64,000 nt of DNA from Candidatus Zhuqueibacterota bacterium (GTDB taxonomy: Bacteria > Zhuqueibacterota > Zhuqueibacteria > Residuimicrobiales > Krinioviventaceae), in assembly GCA_016928775.1 (NCBI GenBank), contig JAFGKD010000069.1:70658-134657 (forward strand), written 5' to 3'. Each line of letters begins with the position of its first letter. Positions within the stretch are counted from its first letter, which is position 1. Below the pieces are notes generated by a model. That model was not told the origin of the DNA. It saw nothing but the letters and a program-made list of their open reading frames with translations, and did not search any database. This document shows positions 47,394 to 56,651 of the stretch, piece by piece. A program made the position numbers and the translations under genes.

Positions 47394-47412
47394 AACCTGA
47401 TGTGGTCAGGTT
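47394..47412 (+). terminator. Hairpin after sfsA (weak terminator candidate)
   Basis: AACCTGA (47394-47400), loop tgtgg, TCAGGTT (47406-47412). No U-tract follows. Confidence 0.25.
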
Positions 47413-47525
47413 GGTAAACACTCCATCGCTCACCATTTTTTCTCCATGTATTCTTAACAATATAGATACTTGTTTTTCAATGACTTGTACCGTTGGTCAA
47501 CATCGGCAATTTTTTTCGAAATTAT

Positions 47526-47541
47526 TGGCATATTCTCTGCA
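47526..47541 (+). promoter_or_regulatory. Candidate sigma-54 (-24/-12) promoter upstream of the 47770 T9SS gene
   Basis: TGGCATATTCTCTGCA compared with TGGCAC-N5-TTGCW. The GG-N10-GC spacing is exact. It lies about 230 nt upstream of the ATG at 47770. Confidence 0.45.
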
Positions 47542-47769
47542 AAAGGATAAAACAATTCGAAGATAGTTCATTTAGGTTCCCGGGGTAAGACGGTTTGACC
47601 AAAAGTAGAACTGAATAGAGGGCTGCGCCACGTTCAAAACACCCACGTTGGACATGATGCGACCCCAAAAGCGCAAACCATTCATCTGCGCGTGGGTGGG
47701 CAGGTGAGTGATTTGATGTGCTAATAATCAACAAATAATGGAACGGCCTATTTATGGAGGATATTTACC

Positions 47770-49890
47770 ATGTTCAAACACAACACTCGTTACACATTTG
47801 CCACTGTCGTTGTACTGGCATTGATCTTGACTGCACCGCTCATCTATCCCAATGGTGACGGATATATTGATACAACGCTGCCGGCCCTCACCGGTAAATA
47901 CGACATTGCTGTCGCCAATCTTGGCTCCTTGAACGCGCGCGGCAGAACAACCAGCCTGGTCAAACTGCCGTCTGATGCCACAATTGTCGCGGCCTATACG
48001 TATGCCAGTGGTTTCAGCGACTTGACGCGCGATCAGCTCGGCGACATCGACATCAGCTTTCGTAACAGAACAGATAACAGCACCACAAATGCAACAGCCT
48101 CGCTCATCGGCTACGAAGAGGTGGATGGTCTGAATTATTTCACCTATCGCGCTGATGTCACCGCAGTGGTCTCGGCTGGCACCAAAACCTATCGTTTGAA
48201 TGGTTTCACCCTGCCGGCCATGCCGCAGCAAAAAGCCGGATTTCACGGTGTTGCCCTGGTCGTGGTTTACGAGCAGGAAAACTTGCCATTGGCGGACATT
48301 TATATTGCCGATGGTCTCGATTTTTTTGCCGCTGCCAAAGAAAAAACCACAACGGATGTGACTTTATTTGGTGTCACTGCGACCGGTTTCGACCAGGCCG
48401 CTTCGGTAAAATTGTTCGCCGCCCAGGGTGGCGCCATGTCTTCGGGCTGGTCTAACAATGAATCCGAAGACGAAAACAGTGCCGGCCTGGCAAACGGCAT
48501 TTGGTACGCGACGGGATCAAGTGCACCACCTGTTTCGCTTATGGATGCCGCAGGCGCTGTTGATTATGATAATTCATCAAATGCAGATCCAACAGTTGAT
48601 ACTGATCCTCTCTATTCTCTCTCGTCATTCGGTGTGCCCAACAAATGGGCAACCGTCGAGCTCGCGGTTCCACTTGGCGGCTCGGATACCTGGGTTGCAC
48701 TTGAGCTTGAATCGCAATCAGACAAGACGGGCTACACCCCCTATGAAGGTGTATGGACAATGGCGGCATTACGTGTCGTACTGGAGAGCGTTGGCTGCGG
48801 CAGCATCGGCGATCTGGTTTTTTATGATCGCGATGGCGACGGACAGCAAACAACCGGCAGCCTGATGCCACGTACGAATGAACGAGGAATTCCTGGCGTG
48901 ACTGTTCGCCTGTATGAGGATAACGGTAACGGCATTTTTAATGCAGCGGACGATGCCTTGCTCGATACCGTTCTGACCAATGAACTGGGTTACTATGAGT
49001 TTCGTTATCTGGATAAAGGCACTTTTTTCCTCGAAATTGATCACGAACGCATGAATTCGCAATATATCTATTTTACCAACATTTCCAATCCAACAGATGC
49101 TATTATTCTGGACGATTGCACACCGCATCTCGACGTTGATTTTGGCGTGGGATTAACCGGACTGCCTAATGGCGGCACTGGTGGACTGGGTGGTGGCAAC
49201 AACGGCGGTGGAAATTTCGATTTTGGCAATTTTGATTTTAGTAATTTTAACTTTGGTAATGGCGGCGGTTTTAACTTTGGTGGTGGCGGTTTTTTTGGCG
49301 GATTTGGCCAGGCCTTGCCGGTTGAGCTCTCTGATTTCAAGGTTCTGGAAGCAAACGAATGCGTCAAAGTAGCCTACCTGGCTGTCGATTCGGAAGAATC
49401 ACAGTTTCAGGTTTATCGCAGCACTTTTCGCTATGAGAACTATCTGCCGGTTGTGGTCCACATGGAAAAGACCTCGGTCGAAGATCAATTGGTGTTCACG
49501 GACAGCAACGTTGAACCGGGTGCACAATATTACTACCACATTGTAGAAATCGACGAGCGTGGCGATCGAATCATGCACGGACCCGTCGGTGTTCAGGTGA
49601 GCGGTGTTCCGGAACAGTACGGCTTGCAAGATGCTTACCCCAATCCCTTTAATCCAACGACAAAAATTCATTACCAGCTTCCGGCAGCGGGACACGTGTC
49701 GCTGGAAATTTATAACATGATGGGACAAAAAGTAAAGACTTTGTTAGCGGGCGCGCAAAACGCCGGTACACACGTTATCAATTGGGATGGCACCAATGAT
49801 TCCGGTGAGCTGGTTTCGGCTGGCACCTATGTTTACCGTATAAAAGCCGGTGAGTTTGAAGCATCAAAGACGATCACGTTTCTCAAATAG
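47770..49890 (+). CDS. Secreted multi-domain T9SS cargo protein: unknown N-domain, SdrD/Cna-B-like domain, G/N/F-rich low-complexity linker, T9SS CTD
   Basis: Strong GGAGGA RBS and a signal/anchor helix. The B-type domain is GDLVFYDRDGDGQQ...GIPGVTVRLYEDNGNGIF...TNELGYYEF. The linker is GGNFDFGNFDFSNFNFGNGGGFNFGGGGFFGGFG. The CTD is AYPNPFNPTTKIHYQLP...KTITFLK. Confidence 0.85.
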   Translation: MFKHNTRYTFATVVVLALILTAPLIYPNGDGYIDTTLPALTGKYDIAVANLGSLNARGRTTSLVKLPSDATIVAAYTYASGFSDLTRDQLGDIDISFRNRTDNSTTNATASLIGYEEVDGLNYFTYRADVTAVVSAGTKTYRLNGFTLPAMPQQKAGFHGVALVVVYEQENLPLADIYIADGLDFFAAAKEKTTTDVTLFGVTATGFDQAASVKLFAAQGGAMSSGWSNNESEDENSAGLANGIWYATGSSAPPVSLMDAAGAVDYDNSSNADPTVDTDPLYSLSSFGVPNKWATVELAVPLGGSDTWVALELESQSDKTGYTPYEGVWTMAALRVVLESVGCGSIGDLVFYDRDGDGQQTTGSLMPRTNERGIPGVTVRLYEDNGNGIFNAADDALLDTVLTNELGYYEFRYLDKGTFFLEIDHERMNSQYIYFTNISNPTDAIILDDCTPHLDVDFGVGLTGLPNGGTGGLGGGNNGGGNFDFGNFDFSNFNFGNGGGFNFGGGGFFGGFGQALPVELSDFKVLEANECVKVAYLAVDSEESQFQVYRSTFRYENYLPVVVHMEKTSVEDQLVFTDSNVEPGAQYYYHIVEIDERGDRIMHGPVGVQVSGVPEQYGLQDAYPNPFNPTTKIHYQLPAAGHVSLEIYNMMGQKVKTLLAGAQNAGTHVINWDGTNDSGELVSAGTYVYRIKAGEFEASKTITFLK

Positions 49891-49938
49891 CCCGGCATAA
49901 ACTGGCTAATTTGTCGAGAAACGCCTTTGAAAATGACT

Positions 49939-49993
49939 CCTGGGATGGCTGGTATCCACTATAAAGGTGGCTTGCAGGATACCGCCTCCCGGG
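49939..49993. terminator. Extended hairpin between convergent genes (possible bidirectional terminator)
   Basis: GGTATCC (49951-49957) pairs perfectly with GGATACC (49977-49983). The outer arms CCTGGGA (49939-49945) and TCCCGGG (49987-49993) have one mismatch. There is no clear U-tract. Confidence 0.3.
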
Positions 49994-50112
49994 TTGTTAA
50001 AGATAATCTGCATCTGCCTGGTCGCCGACCATGCTTCGGGTACCAACCCTGGATGACAATCGAACCAATAAAATCCGATCCCGCAAAATGAATTTCGCTC
50101 TTCAAATCTTTG

Positions 50113-52290
50113 CTATTTTAGCATCAGGCATTTTTTTATTTGAACGTCATCTCCCGCCGTTATTTTGATGAAATAGGCTCCGGCCGCGTGGCTTGATGCA
50201 TCCCACACAACGGCATGATGCCCGGCGTGCGCCAGTTCATCAATCAAGGTCGTGATCACTCGACCATTCAGATCATAGATCGTTATGTTCAGATGTGACG
50301 GTTTGTCGAGATTGCAAGAAATAACGGTCGATTGATTAAACGGATTTGGATAGAGCGCCGCAAAATCATTCAGCCGCTCCATCAGCTCAACCTGCGTCTC
50401 ATCGGAGGGCATATTGTCATCCATCCAATCAAGACGATCCGCGATCCAGGTTTTTAAAAACTCGATTTCTTCCGCAAACGTGTCGCCGACAAACCAGTTT
50501 GGCCAGACATAGAGACCAAGAGTCGGCCAACGCTGAAAGTTACGATCCTGTGCTTCGTCAATATAGGCGACTAACGAGTCGATCGTGGCAAAAAGATTTT
50601 GTGTGTTCATAGGATCACGACGTAATTCGTGCCATCGTAATCCCAGCCGATTTTTAAACGCTGTATCCCGCATAAGCCGTTGCCACCACCACATACGCGC
50701 CCCGCCTTTATCATAGATCCAGCCATCAATGTCCATGGCGCCTTCATTGCCATAGTCCACATTGGCAAAGCCAAGATTGTAATCCCAAACGGGGCCCATA
50801 GTGAGCGGTCCATTTTTATCCTTGTACATAAAAGTGCTGAACCGATAGCCGTCGATGTCTTTGGTGAATTCATTGATGATAAAGGTATCCACAAAAGATA
50901 ATAAATCAACAAAAGGCGCATAGCCCTTCTCGGGATCGCGAAAGCTGGGGCCTGCTAAGGCTGTTTCGAATTCAGCCATATAGAGCTGGATATAATTTTC
51001 CTGTTCCGGAACGATTATATCGCGATCGGGATAGACATACTGAAAGAAAATAGACGATCCCTGAGCGAGGGATGTCCAGCCGCGATATTCACCTTCTTTT
51101 TTGTCCACTTTGATGATATATCCCCCGGTGATCTCGTCGCCGTCAATTTCTGTTGCTTTAAGTTTGTTTATCGCCACACGATTCTTGTCGCGCTTGATTT
51201 TTTCCATCAGGATGTACAATCCGGCGTACTCATCGTTGATGAGCACTTCACAGTATTTCATCCGGGAGGCGTATGGTCCCATGGCGCGCGCCACATAAAA
51301 AGCGATGCTGTTGCGCAGCAGGCTTTTATCACTATAAGGTCCGTAAAGAATCCAGTCATTTTCTTTTGGCAAGCCCAAAAGAGAGACGTTCAGGTTTTCA
51401 CCTTTGGCATCCTGTGTTTCAAAGCCATATGATTTTTTCGGAAAAGTGGCGGTGGAAGAGCCGCGTATTTCAATATTCACCCGTCCGGCAAAAATACTTT
51501 GCTGCTCCAGTGTATTACGCCGGCTATCGGCATTGTATTTGATGTCCATATGGGCGACAATACGCTCGTCGTCCTTGATGATTTGACCATTTGTATTGAT
51601 AGAGATAATCGGAAGGTTTGAGGAGGCAAAGTGTAGCGGTTCGACAAACCACTCCGGCGTTGGTCTGTACTGTTGCGCAGTAGCCGAGACACCGATGGAT
51701 AAAAAAGGAATCGCACTCATGTCCGACGAATTTGCACTTTGATTGTGCACCTGGATGGCGAGTACATTCTCACCGGCTGCGATCAGAGAGAGAGCCTCCA
51801 GGTGCTCAAGCACAAAATAGTCTGGCTGGCCACCTTGATACATGAGCGCTTCTCTCGGCTGATAAGCGTACTCGTCATACCGTGGATGATCACCGACGAC
51901 GCCGATATTTGCGCGAGCGATCTCAACGCCATTGAGGTAGGCGACAAATGCATCATCATAATCCATGTTCAAAACGACCTGGAGGATGATTGCGGGATCG
52001 GAGATAAAAAATGTTCGGCGCAGAAACAAGCTGGGCACTGGATCTATCAGAGTCCGGTCATCATAATCACCATAGCCAATACCGCCGGGACCTTCGAGCC
52101 ATACCCGATCATCAAATGCAGGCAAAAACCAGTCAGGATTGGGCTCGCTGGTAGCGGCGAAATATCGCCACATATCGCCGGCTTCCACAACAGTTTCCCA
52201 GTGATCGATAACAGCGGTTTGGCTGAAACAGTGTTTTGGGTGTGATTGAAAAAAGATGAAAAGTAACGTAATTAAAATACTTTTAAACAT
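50113..52290 (-). CDS. CotH kinase-family protein with N-terminal beta-sandwich domain and T9SS CTD
   Basis: The CotH core is LRNSIAFYVARAMGPYASRMKYCEVLINDEYAGLYILMEKIKRDKNRV ... DIDGYRFSTFMYKD ... WDYNLGF. The CTD is LYPNPFNQSTVISC...KKCLMLK. Confidence 0.8.
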   Translation of the reverse strand: MFKSILITLLFIFFQSHPKHCFSQTAVIDHWETVVEAGDMWRYFAATSEPNPDWFLPAFDDRVWLEGPGGIGYGDYDDRTLIDPVPSLFLRRTFFISDPAIILQVVLNMDYDDAFVAYLNGVEIARANIGVVGDHPRYDEYAYQPREALMYQGGQPDYFVLEHLEALSLIAAGENVLAIQVHNQSANSSDMSAIPFLSIGVSATAQQYRPTPEWFVEPLHFASSNLPIISINTNGQIIKDDERIVAHMDIKYNADSRRNTLEQQSIFAGRVNIEIRGSSTATFPKKSYGFETQDAKGENLNVSLLGLPKENDWILYGPYSDKSLLRNSIAFYVARAMGPYASRMKYCEVLINDEYAGLYILMEKIKRDKNRVAINKLKATEIDGDEITGGYIIKVDKKEGEYRGWTSLAQGSSIFFQYVYPDRDIIVPEQENYIQLYMAEFETALAGPSFRDPEKGYAPFVDLLSFVDTFIINEFTKDIDGYRFSTFMYKDKNGPLTMGPVWDYNLGFANVDYGNEGAMDIDGWIYDKGGARMWWWQRLMRDTAFKNRLGLRWHELRRDPMNTQNLFATIDSLVAYIDEAQDRNFQRWPTLGLYVWPNWFVGDTFAEEIEFLKTWIADRLDWMDDNMPSDETQVELMERLNDFAALYPNPFNQSTVISCNLDKPSHLNITIYDLNGRVITTLIDELAHAGHHAVVWDASSHAAGAYFIKITAGDDVQIKKCLMLK

Positions 52291-52390
52291 ATTGTCAATC
52301 TGATCTTAAATCTTTTGGCACAGGCAATATCATTTCTCGAAGGGGCAAACATCCGGAATGGTGTATGCTCATTCTTTCATTTTTCCGCTT

Positions 52391-53485
52391 TCACCTATTG
52401 ACCAGAATCGATGTCAACTCCGCAATAGGCTCCAGTGTTTCGGCATTGACCACCGGAAAATCATTTTTATAATTCCAATGTGCCCAGGCAATGTCATATT
52501 TATCGAAAATAGCGATCATGTCTTCATACCAGGCCTGGCGGAATTTTATATCCGTTGTCGGAAAACAGCCAAACTCGCCGCAATACAGTTTCAAACTATA
52601 TTTTTCCGCCACTCTGACAGCTTGATAGATATCTTTATCCAGCGTTGATCTATCGTTATAGCCGTTTCGTGCTGTGACCAGCTTTAACTCTTCTTCAGCG
52701 AGATTTGAATACAATGTTGTATCGACCATTTGTCCCGGATAATTGATCTGAACGGTTAAATTCCTGAGGTTGGTCCACGGTGCCTGGTAATGCGTCAGCA
52801 AGAACGGTTCATAATAATGAAAGCTGAGGATGATATTCTTGTCTTCTTCAGGCACTTTGAGGTCCTTGAACGTGCCAACGGTCTGCCAGTTGTTCGAGCC
52901 CAAAATGATCGTACGTTCCGGCTCCAGTGTGCGAATCTCCGAGATCACCCAGTTGATCAAGTTGTTCCAGTCCTCGGGATTATTCGAGACGGCCTCGTTG
53001 AGCGGCTCATACGCCAGTTTATCGTTGGGATATTGTTTTAGTTCTTCAGATAGTTGACGCCAAAACGTGATAAAATTTTCCTGAGCAGTTTTATCTTCCC
53101 ATAGTTGCCGGTTGTTCGGATTGTTAAAATGGTGCGACCGCAGCACATGCAGATCGACAATAACCCGCAGGTTATTATCCAGACTCCAGGTGATGCCGTT
53201 GTGCAAAAGCTGCCACGCTTCGTTTATTTTATTTCCTTCTTCGTCCCACATCTGCACTTCATCGATGGGAAGACGTACATGGTCAAATCCCAGCTCGGCA
53301 ATTTTGGCAAAATCCTTTTCCTGCATGTACTCTGCCCGTTCCTCACCGCGTTTCTCGGATTGTGATAGCCAGTGACTGGCGTTGAGACCGCGGTGGATAA
53401 CAAAGCCTTCCTCTTTTTGGGATTGTGTGTTGCAGGAACTGATAACCACAAAAAGAATGACAACGAGCGAACATAGCATTTTCAT
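52391..53485 (-). CDS. Glycoside hydrolase family 5 (endoglucanase-like) lipoprotein
   Basis: Signal peptide with lipobox ISSC. YEPLNEAV holds the acid/base Glu in NE, and LYCGEFGC holds the nucleophile Glu. GFDHVRLP and IVDLH are also present. There is no T9SS CTD. Confidence 0.85.
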   Translation of the reverse strand: MKMLCSLVVILFVVISSCNTQSQKEEGFVIHRGLNASHWLSQSEKRGEERAEYMQEKDFAKIAELGFDHVRLPIDEVQMWDEEGNKINEAWQLLHNGITWSLDNNLRVIVDLHVLRSHHFNNPNNRQLWEDKTAQENFITFWRQLSEELKQYPNDKLAYEPLNEAVSNNPEDWNNLINWVISEIRTLEPERTIILGSNNWQTVGTFKDLKVPEEDKNIILSFHYYEPFLLTHYQAPWTNLRNLTVQINYPGQMVDTTLYSNLAEEELKLVTARNGYNDRSTLDKDIYQAVRVAEKYSLKLYCGEFGCFPTTDIKFRQAWYEDMIAIFDKYDIAWAHWNYKNDFPVVNAETLEPIAELTSILVNR

Positions 53486-53718
53486 TTCGGGTGCTCCTTT
53501 TGATTTTTAATTGTTTTATATGAGCATCACGTGCTTTACAAGATAAGAAATCATTTCGCATTTACAAAATCAATATATTCGAACGGATCCGATCACTCGA
53601 GTAAATAGTTTTGTAAAAATCCCCCCATCAATGGAATATTAATATTTGTATTGGTCGTTTGCTTTTCTACATTGTTGGGAGTCATTTGAATGGTAAACTG
53701 TAAAGGAATCGAATAAAG

Positions 53719-55527
53719 ATGCGAAAGACATGTAACAACTGCCAAAAAATTGGATTGATTTTTATCATTTTAGCTTTGCTTGCCGGCGATTTTGCTCTGG
53801 CGCAAATTGGTGACCTTATCTGGGAGGAGAATTTTGACAGCCTGGACAACTGGAACAAGAGCACAGGCAATGGCTCCTGGGGCTGGGGAAACGGCGAGCT
53901 GCAATTTTACAAAGAAGATAATGTACAAATCTCAGCAATTCCCGGTGAGCCGGGAAACAATGCGCTGCACATTACTGCCAGAGAAGAAACTGGCCCGGAC
54001 ATTGTCGATCAATGGGGCAATCCGCTCAATTATACATCCGGACGGATCAACACCAAAGCCAAGGTGAGTGTTCAATATGGTCTTATCGAAGCCAGGGTAC
54101 GCGTTCCGGATCTGAATTTGGGCGGCTGGCCGGCGGTGTGGCTGCAAGGGACGTCCAATGTCGGCTGGCCAAAAAACGGCGAGCTTGACATGATGGAAAT
54201 GGGGCAAAGCAAGTCGTTTCGGGATCTACACGATTCGCACAATGGCGGTAATGGTCAGAATAATTCCACGGTCAATCAGGTCACCGGCGCCAACGCTATT
54301 TGGTTTTCACAGGCAGCGGTCAATCCGGACAATCCGTCCGGCGCGGCCAGCATCGCCTGGGACGCCAATTATTGTCGGCCGTATTACAGTTATGATCCGC
54401 CGCTGAACAACCGCTTTGTCATTTATCGCATGTACTGGGACGATAAAAGTATTCGCTTCACCGTTATTGATAATGAAATTGAGCACGACCTTTACACCGG
54501 CGCATTCCCAATCTCCAGCGACTCGGACGAGTTTCGTCAACCGTTTTTTTTCATCACCAATCTGGCTATTGGCGGCACGTTTACCGATGCCTGCAATCTC
54601 GGCGATCCCGGCAGCGGCGAACCCGTGAGCATGCCGTTTCCGGCGGATATGTATGTGGATTATATCCGAGTGTATGAATGGAACGGCAAAGGCGAGATGA
54701 CTTTTGGTGGCCAGGCGCCGGAGAGCGAATCGTACGGTTTGTTTACGGATACCACGCCGACCAACAGCTCCCTGCAAGTGGGGCAGACAGCTGAAATATA
54801 CGTTTGGGAAGGCACCCTTACTGGCGGTAGCATTCCGCCATTCGAAGGTGAGCACGGCATCTCCTGGAAAACCACGGGTAAGGGCTGGTTCGGCGCCGGC
54901 ATCATGGCCAATCAGCCGGTGGATATGAGCGGTTTGGGCGATGGCTATTTAAAATTTATGATCAAAATGCCGGCACATGTCACTTTTCAGATCGGCATCA
55001 ATGATACAGGAGGCAACGAGTCATACGTCGATTTTCCGGCCAATACGACAAAATTTGGCCTGATGCGGGACGGTGAGTGGGGACAAGCATCCATCCCGAT
55101 CCGCGCCATCCGCGGCACCAAAGTGGATTTGCGCACTATAAGCTATCCCTTTACCATCCTCGAAACCAATGGCGCCTCGTGCGAATTTGCACTGGATGAT
55201 ATTTATTGGGATAACCGGGCGACCGGCGTTCATGAAAAGTACGCTGAACTGAACAAGACGCCAGAGAATTTTTCTTTGCAGCAGAATTTTCCGAATCCTT
55301 TTAATCCGCAAACAACCATCACCTATTCTTTGCCGCGGACAACGCATGTTAAGTTAGAGGTGTATGACATCAACGGCAAGCTCGTGTATACGCTTGTGAG
55401 TGAAATCCAAAGCGCTGGCACTTTTGCGGCAGAGTGGGATGCACAAGATTTGGCATCCGGAATATACTTTTACAAGCTCACGGCCGGCAATTTTTCGCAC
55501 ATGCGCAAGATGATGCTGATCAGGTGA
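53719..55527 (+). CDS. Glycoside hydrolase family 16 (laminarinase/beta-glucanase-like) plus CBM-like module plus T9SS CTD
   Basis: The GH16 catalytic motif E-x-D-x-x-E appears as GELDMME. NWGNGELQFY and GRINTK are present. A C-terminal beta-sandwich ends in FALDDIYWDN. The CTD is NFPNPFNPQTTITYSLP...RKMMLIR. Confidence 0.9.
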   Translation: MRKTCNNCQKIGLIFIILALLAGDFALAQIGDLIWEENFDSLDNWNKSTGNGSWGWGNGELQFYKEDNVQISAIPGEPGNNALHITAREETGPDIVDQWGNPLNYTSGRINTKAKVSVQYGLIEARVRVPDLNLGGWPAVWLQGTSNVGWPKNGELDMMEMGQSKSFRDLHDSHNGGNGQNNSTVNQVTGANAIWFSQAAVNPDNPSGAASIAWDANYCRPYYSYDPPLNNRFVIYRMYWDDKSIRFTVIDNEIEHDLYTGAFPISSDSDEFRQPFFFITNLAIGGTFTDACNLGDPGSGEPVSMPFPADMYVDYIRVYEWNGKGEMTFGGQAPESESYGLFTDTTPTNSSLQVGQTAEIYVWEGTLTGGSIPPFEGEHGISWKTTGKGWFGAGIMANQPVDMSGLGDGYLKFMIKMPAHVTFQIGINDTGGNESYVDFPANTTKFGLMRDGEWGQASIPIRAIRGTKVDLRTISYPFTILETNGASCEFALDDIYWDNRATGVHEKYAELNKTPENFSLQQNFPNPFNPQTTITYSLPRTTHVKLEVYDINGKLVYTLVSEIQSAGTFAAEWDAQDLASGIYFYKLTAGNFSHMRKMMLIR

Positions 55528-55550
55528 GAAGAGCAGAGAGCAAGGAACAG

Positions 55551-55616
55551 GGAGCCGGGAAAAGGGGAAGAATTTTTCTGTCCTTTCTCCTTTTTTGCTT
55601 TTCCCTGCTCCTTTTT
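55551..55616 (+). terminator. Rho-independent terminator after the GH16 gene
   Basis: GGAGCCGGGAAAAG (55551-55564) pairs with CTTTTCCCTGCTCC (55598-55611) at 13/14 positions. The stem is followed by TTTTT. Confidence 0.65.
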
Positions 55617-55822
55617 AAGCCGCACTGTCATTCCAAATTCACGTTTGCATCCAGCCAGTTCGCATGCTGATTTTTCAGCTTGAGCGACTTTTTCCACAAT
55701 ACAAAGCCTGATTCTCTCATATTTACTCGAGGTCGAGGTGTAATAAAGCCTCTCGCAAAGCCACAAAAGAAGCGGCGCATTTTTTCAATGGCCGGTAGTA
55801 AGAAAGCCGATGCCGTTAAAAA

Positions 55823-56197
55823 TCAAGTCCGGGTACTTTCAAACAATTTTGGATAATTCTCCCATCCCCAATACTCGCTTTGCAGATAACCGACCCAGGG
55901 AATATCGGGGGCGCAAAAGATGATGCGATCATCCAGCATCACGGTGGCAAATGAGAGCTCGCCACCTTGACTACCGCCTTCAACACCAATTCGAGAGGCA
56001 TCGATCTCCGGGCGCGATGCCAGAAAATCAACGGCACGCAGACAATCCGTATAAACACCGGCGTAGATATATTTCTCCGGATGCTCAGGATCAAAACCGA
56101 GAAACATAAACTCTTCACCCTCGGGATCAACATCATCTTTGCTGTTGCCTTGGCCGCGGGGACTCAACGCCAATGTGGCGGCATTGGTTCGCTCCAT
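55823..56197 (-). pseudogene. Remnant of an acetyl-xylan-esterase (CE7/AXE1-like) gene: central fragment only
   Basis: PRGQGNS...YIYAGVYTDCLRAVDFLASRPEIDASRIGVEGGSQGG matches the CE7 nucleophile-elbow region (GxSQGG). The N-terminal ~130 aa and the Asp/His-bearing C-terminus are missing. Confidence 0.6.
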
Positions 56198-56287
56198 GTA
56201 TGGCCACTTTGCGACGACAAACCCCGGGATTTCAGGCGAATGGACTTTTTCAACAGCTTCTTCGTAACGGCTAACTCGATCGCACCC

Positions 56288-56623
56288 TTATTGCCTTTTA
56301 ATCCAATTTGCCAGCAACCCAAGCCATTGGGCGGTGCCGTCGTCAACGCGGCCAGAGCCAAAGCCATGCTCGCCATTGGCAAAGAGGTGGATTTCAACAG
56401 GCCGGTCATTTTTATACATTGCTTCTGCATAAAGCAGCGATTCTTCGATTGGCACGAGACTGTCATCATACGCATGCAGCAAAAAAACCGGCGGTGTTAA
56501 AGCAGAGACGTGCTTTGACAGCGCATATTGCGCTTGTTCCTTTGCTGTCATTGGCCGATGAAACAGGCTCTGCTCCAGCCATTTTTGATTATTTTCGCCC
56601 AATGTCGTTACCGGATAGATCAA
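56288..56623 (-). pseudogene. Remnant of an alpha/beta-hydrolase (esterase) gene: C-terminal fragment only
   Basis: PPVFLLHAYDDSLVPIEESL...IHLFANGEHGFG is the Asp/His end of an alpha/beta hydrolase. No Ser-nucleophile region is present, and only 28 nt separate it from the upstream gene's stop. Confidence 0.55.
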
Positions 56624-56651
56624 AGCAGAAAAATCGATTTCATGACTTTTC

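Noticed and set aside
47394-47425. GGTCAGGTTGG resembles the SRP (4.5S) RNA core GGUCAGGUCCGG.
   Set aside because: The conserved GGAAGGAAGCAGCC continuation and the closing helix are absent. The stretch is more simply a small hairpin after sfsA.
47640-47700. An 11-nt stretch GCAAACCATTC recalls part of the c-di-GMP-I (GEMM) riboswitch of Vibrio, as I remember it.
   Set aside because: The rest of the GEMM consensus (GNRA tetraloop/receptor arrangement, the ACGCAAAGCC segment and the P2 helix) is not present. A short identity alone is not evidence.
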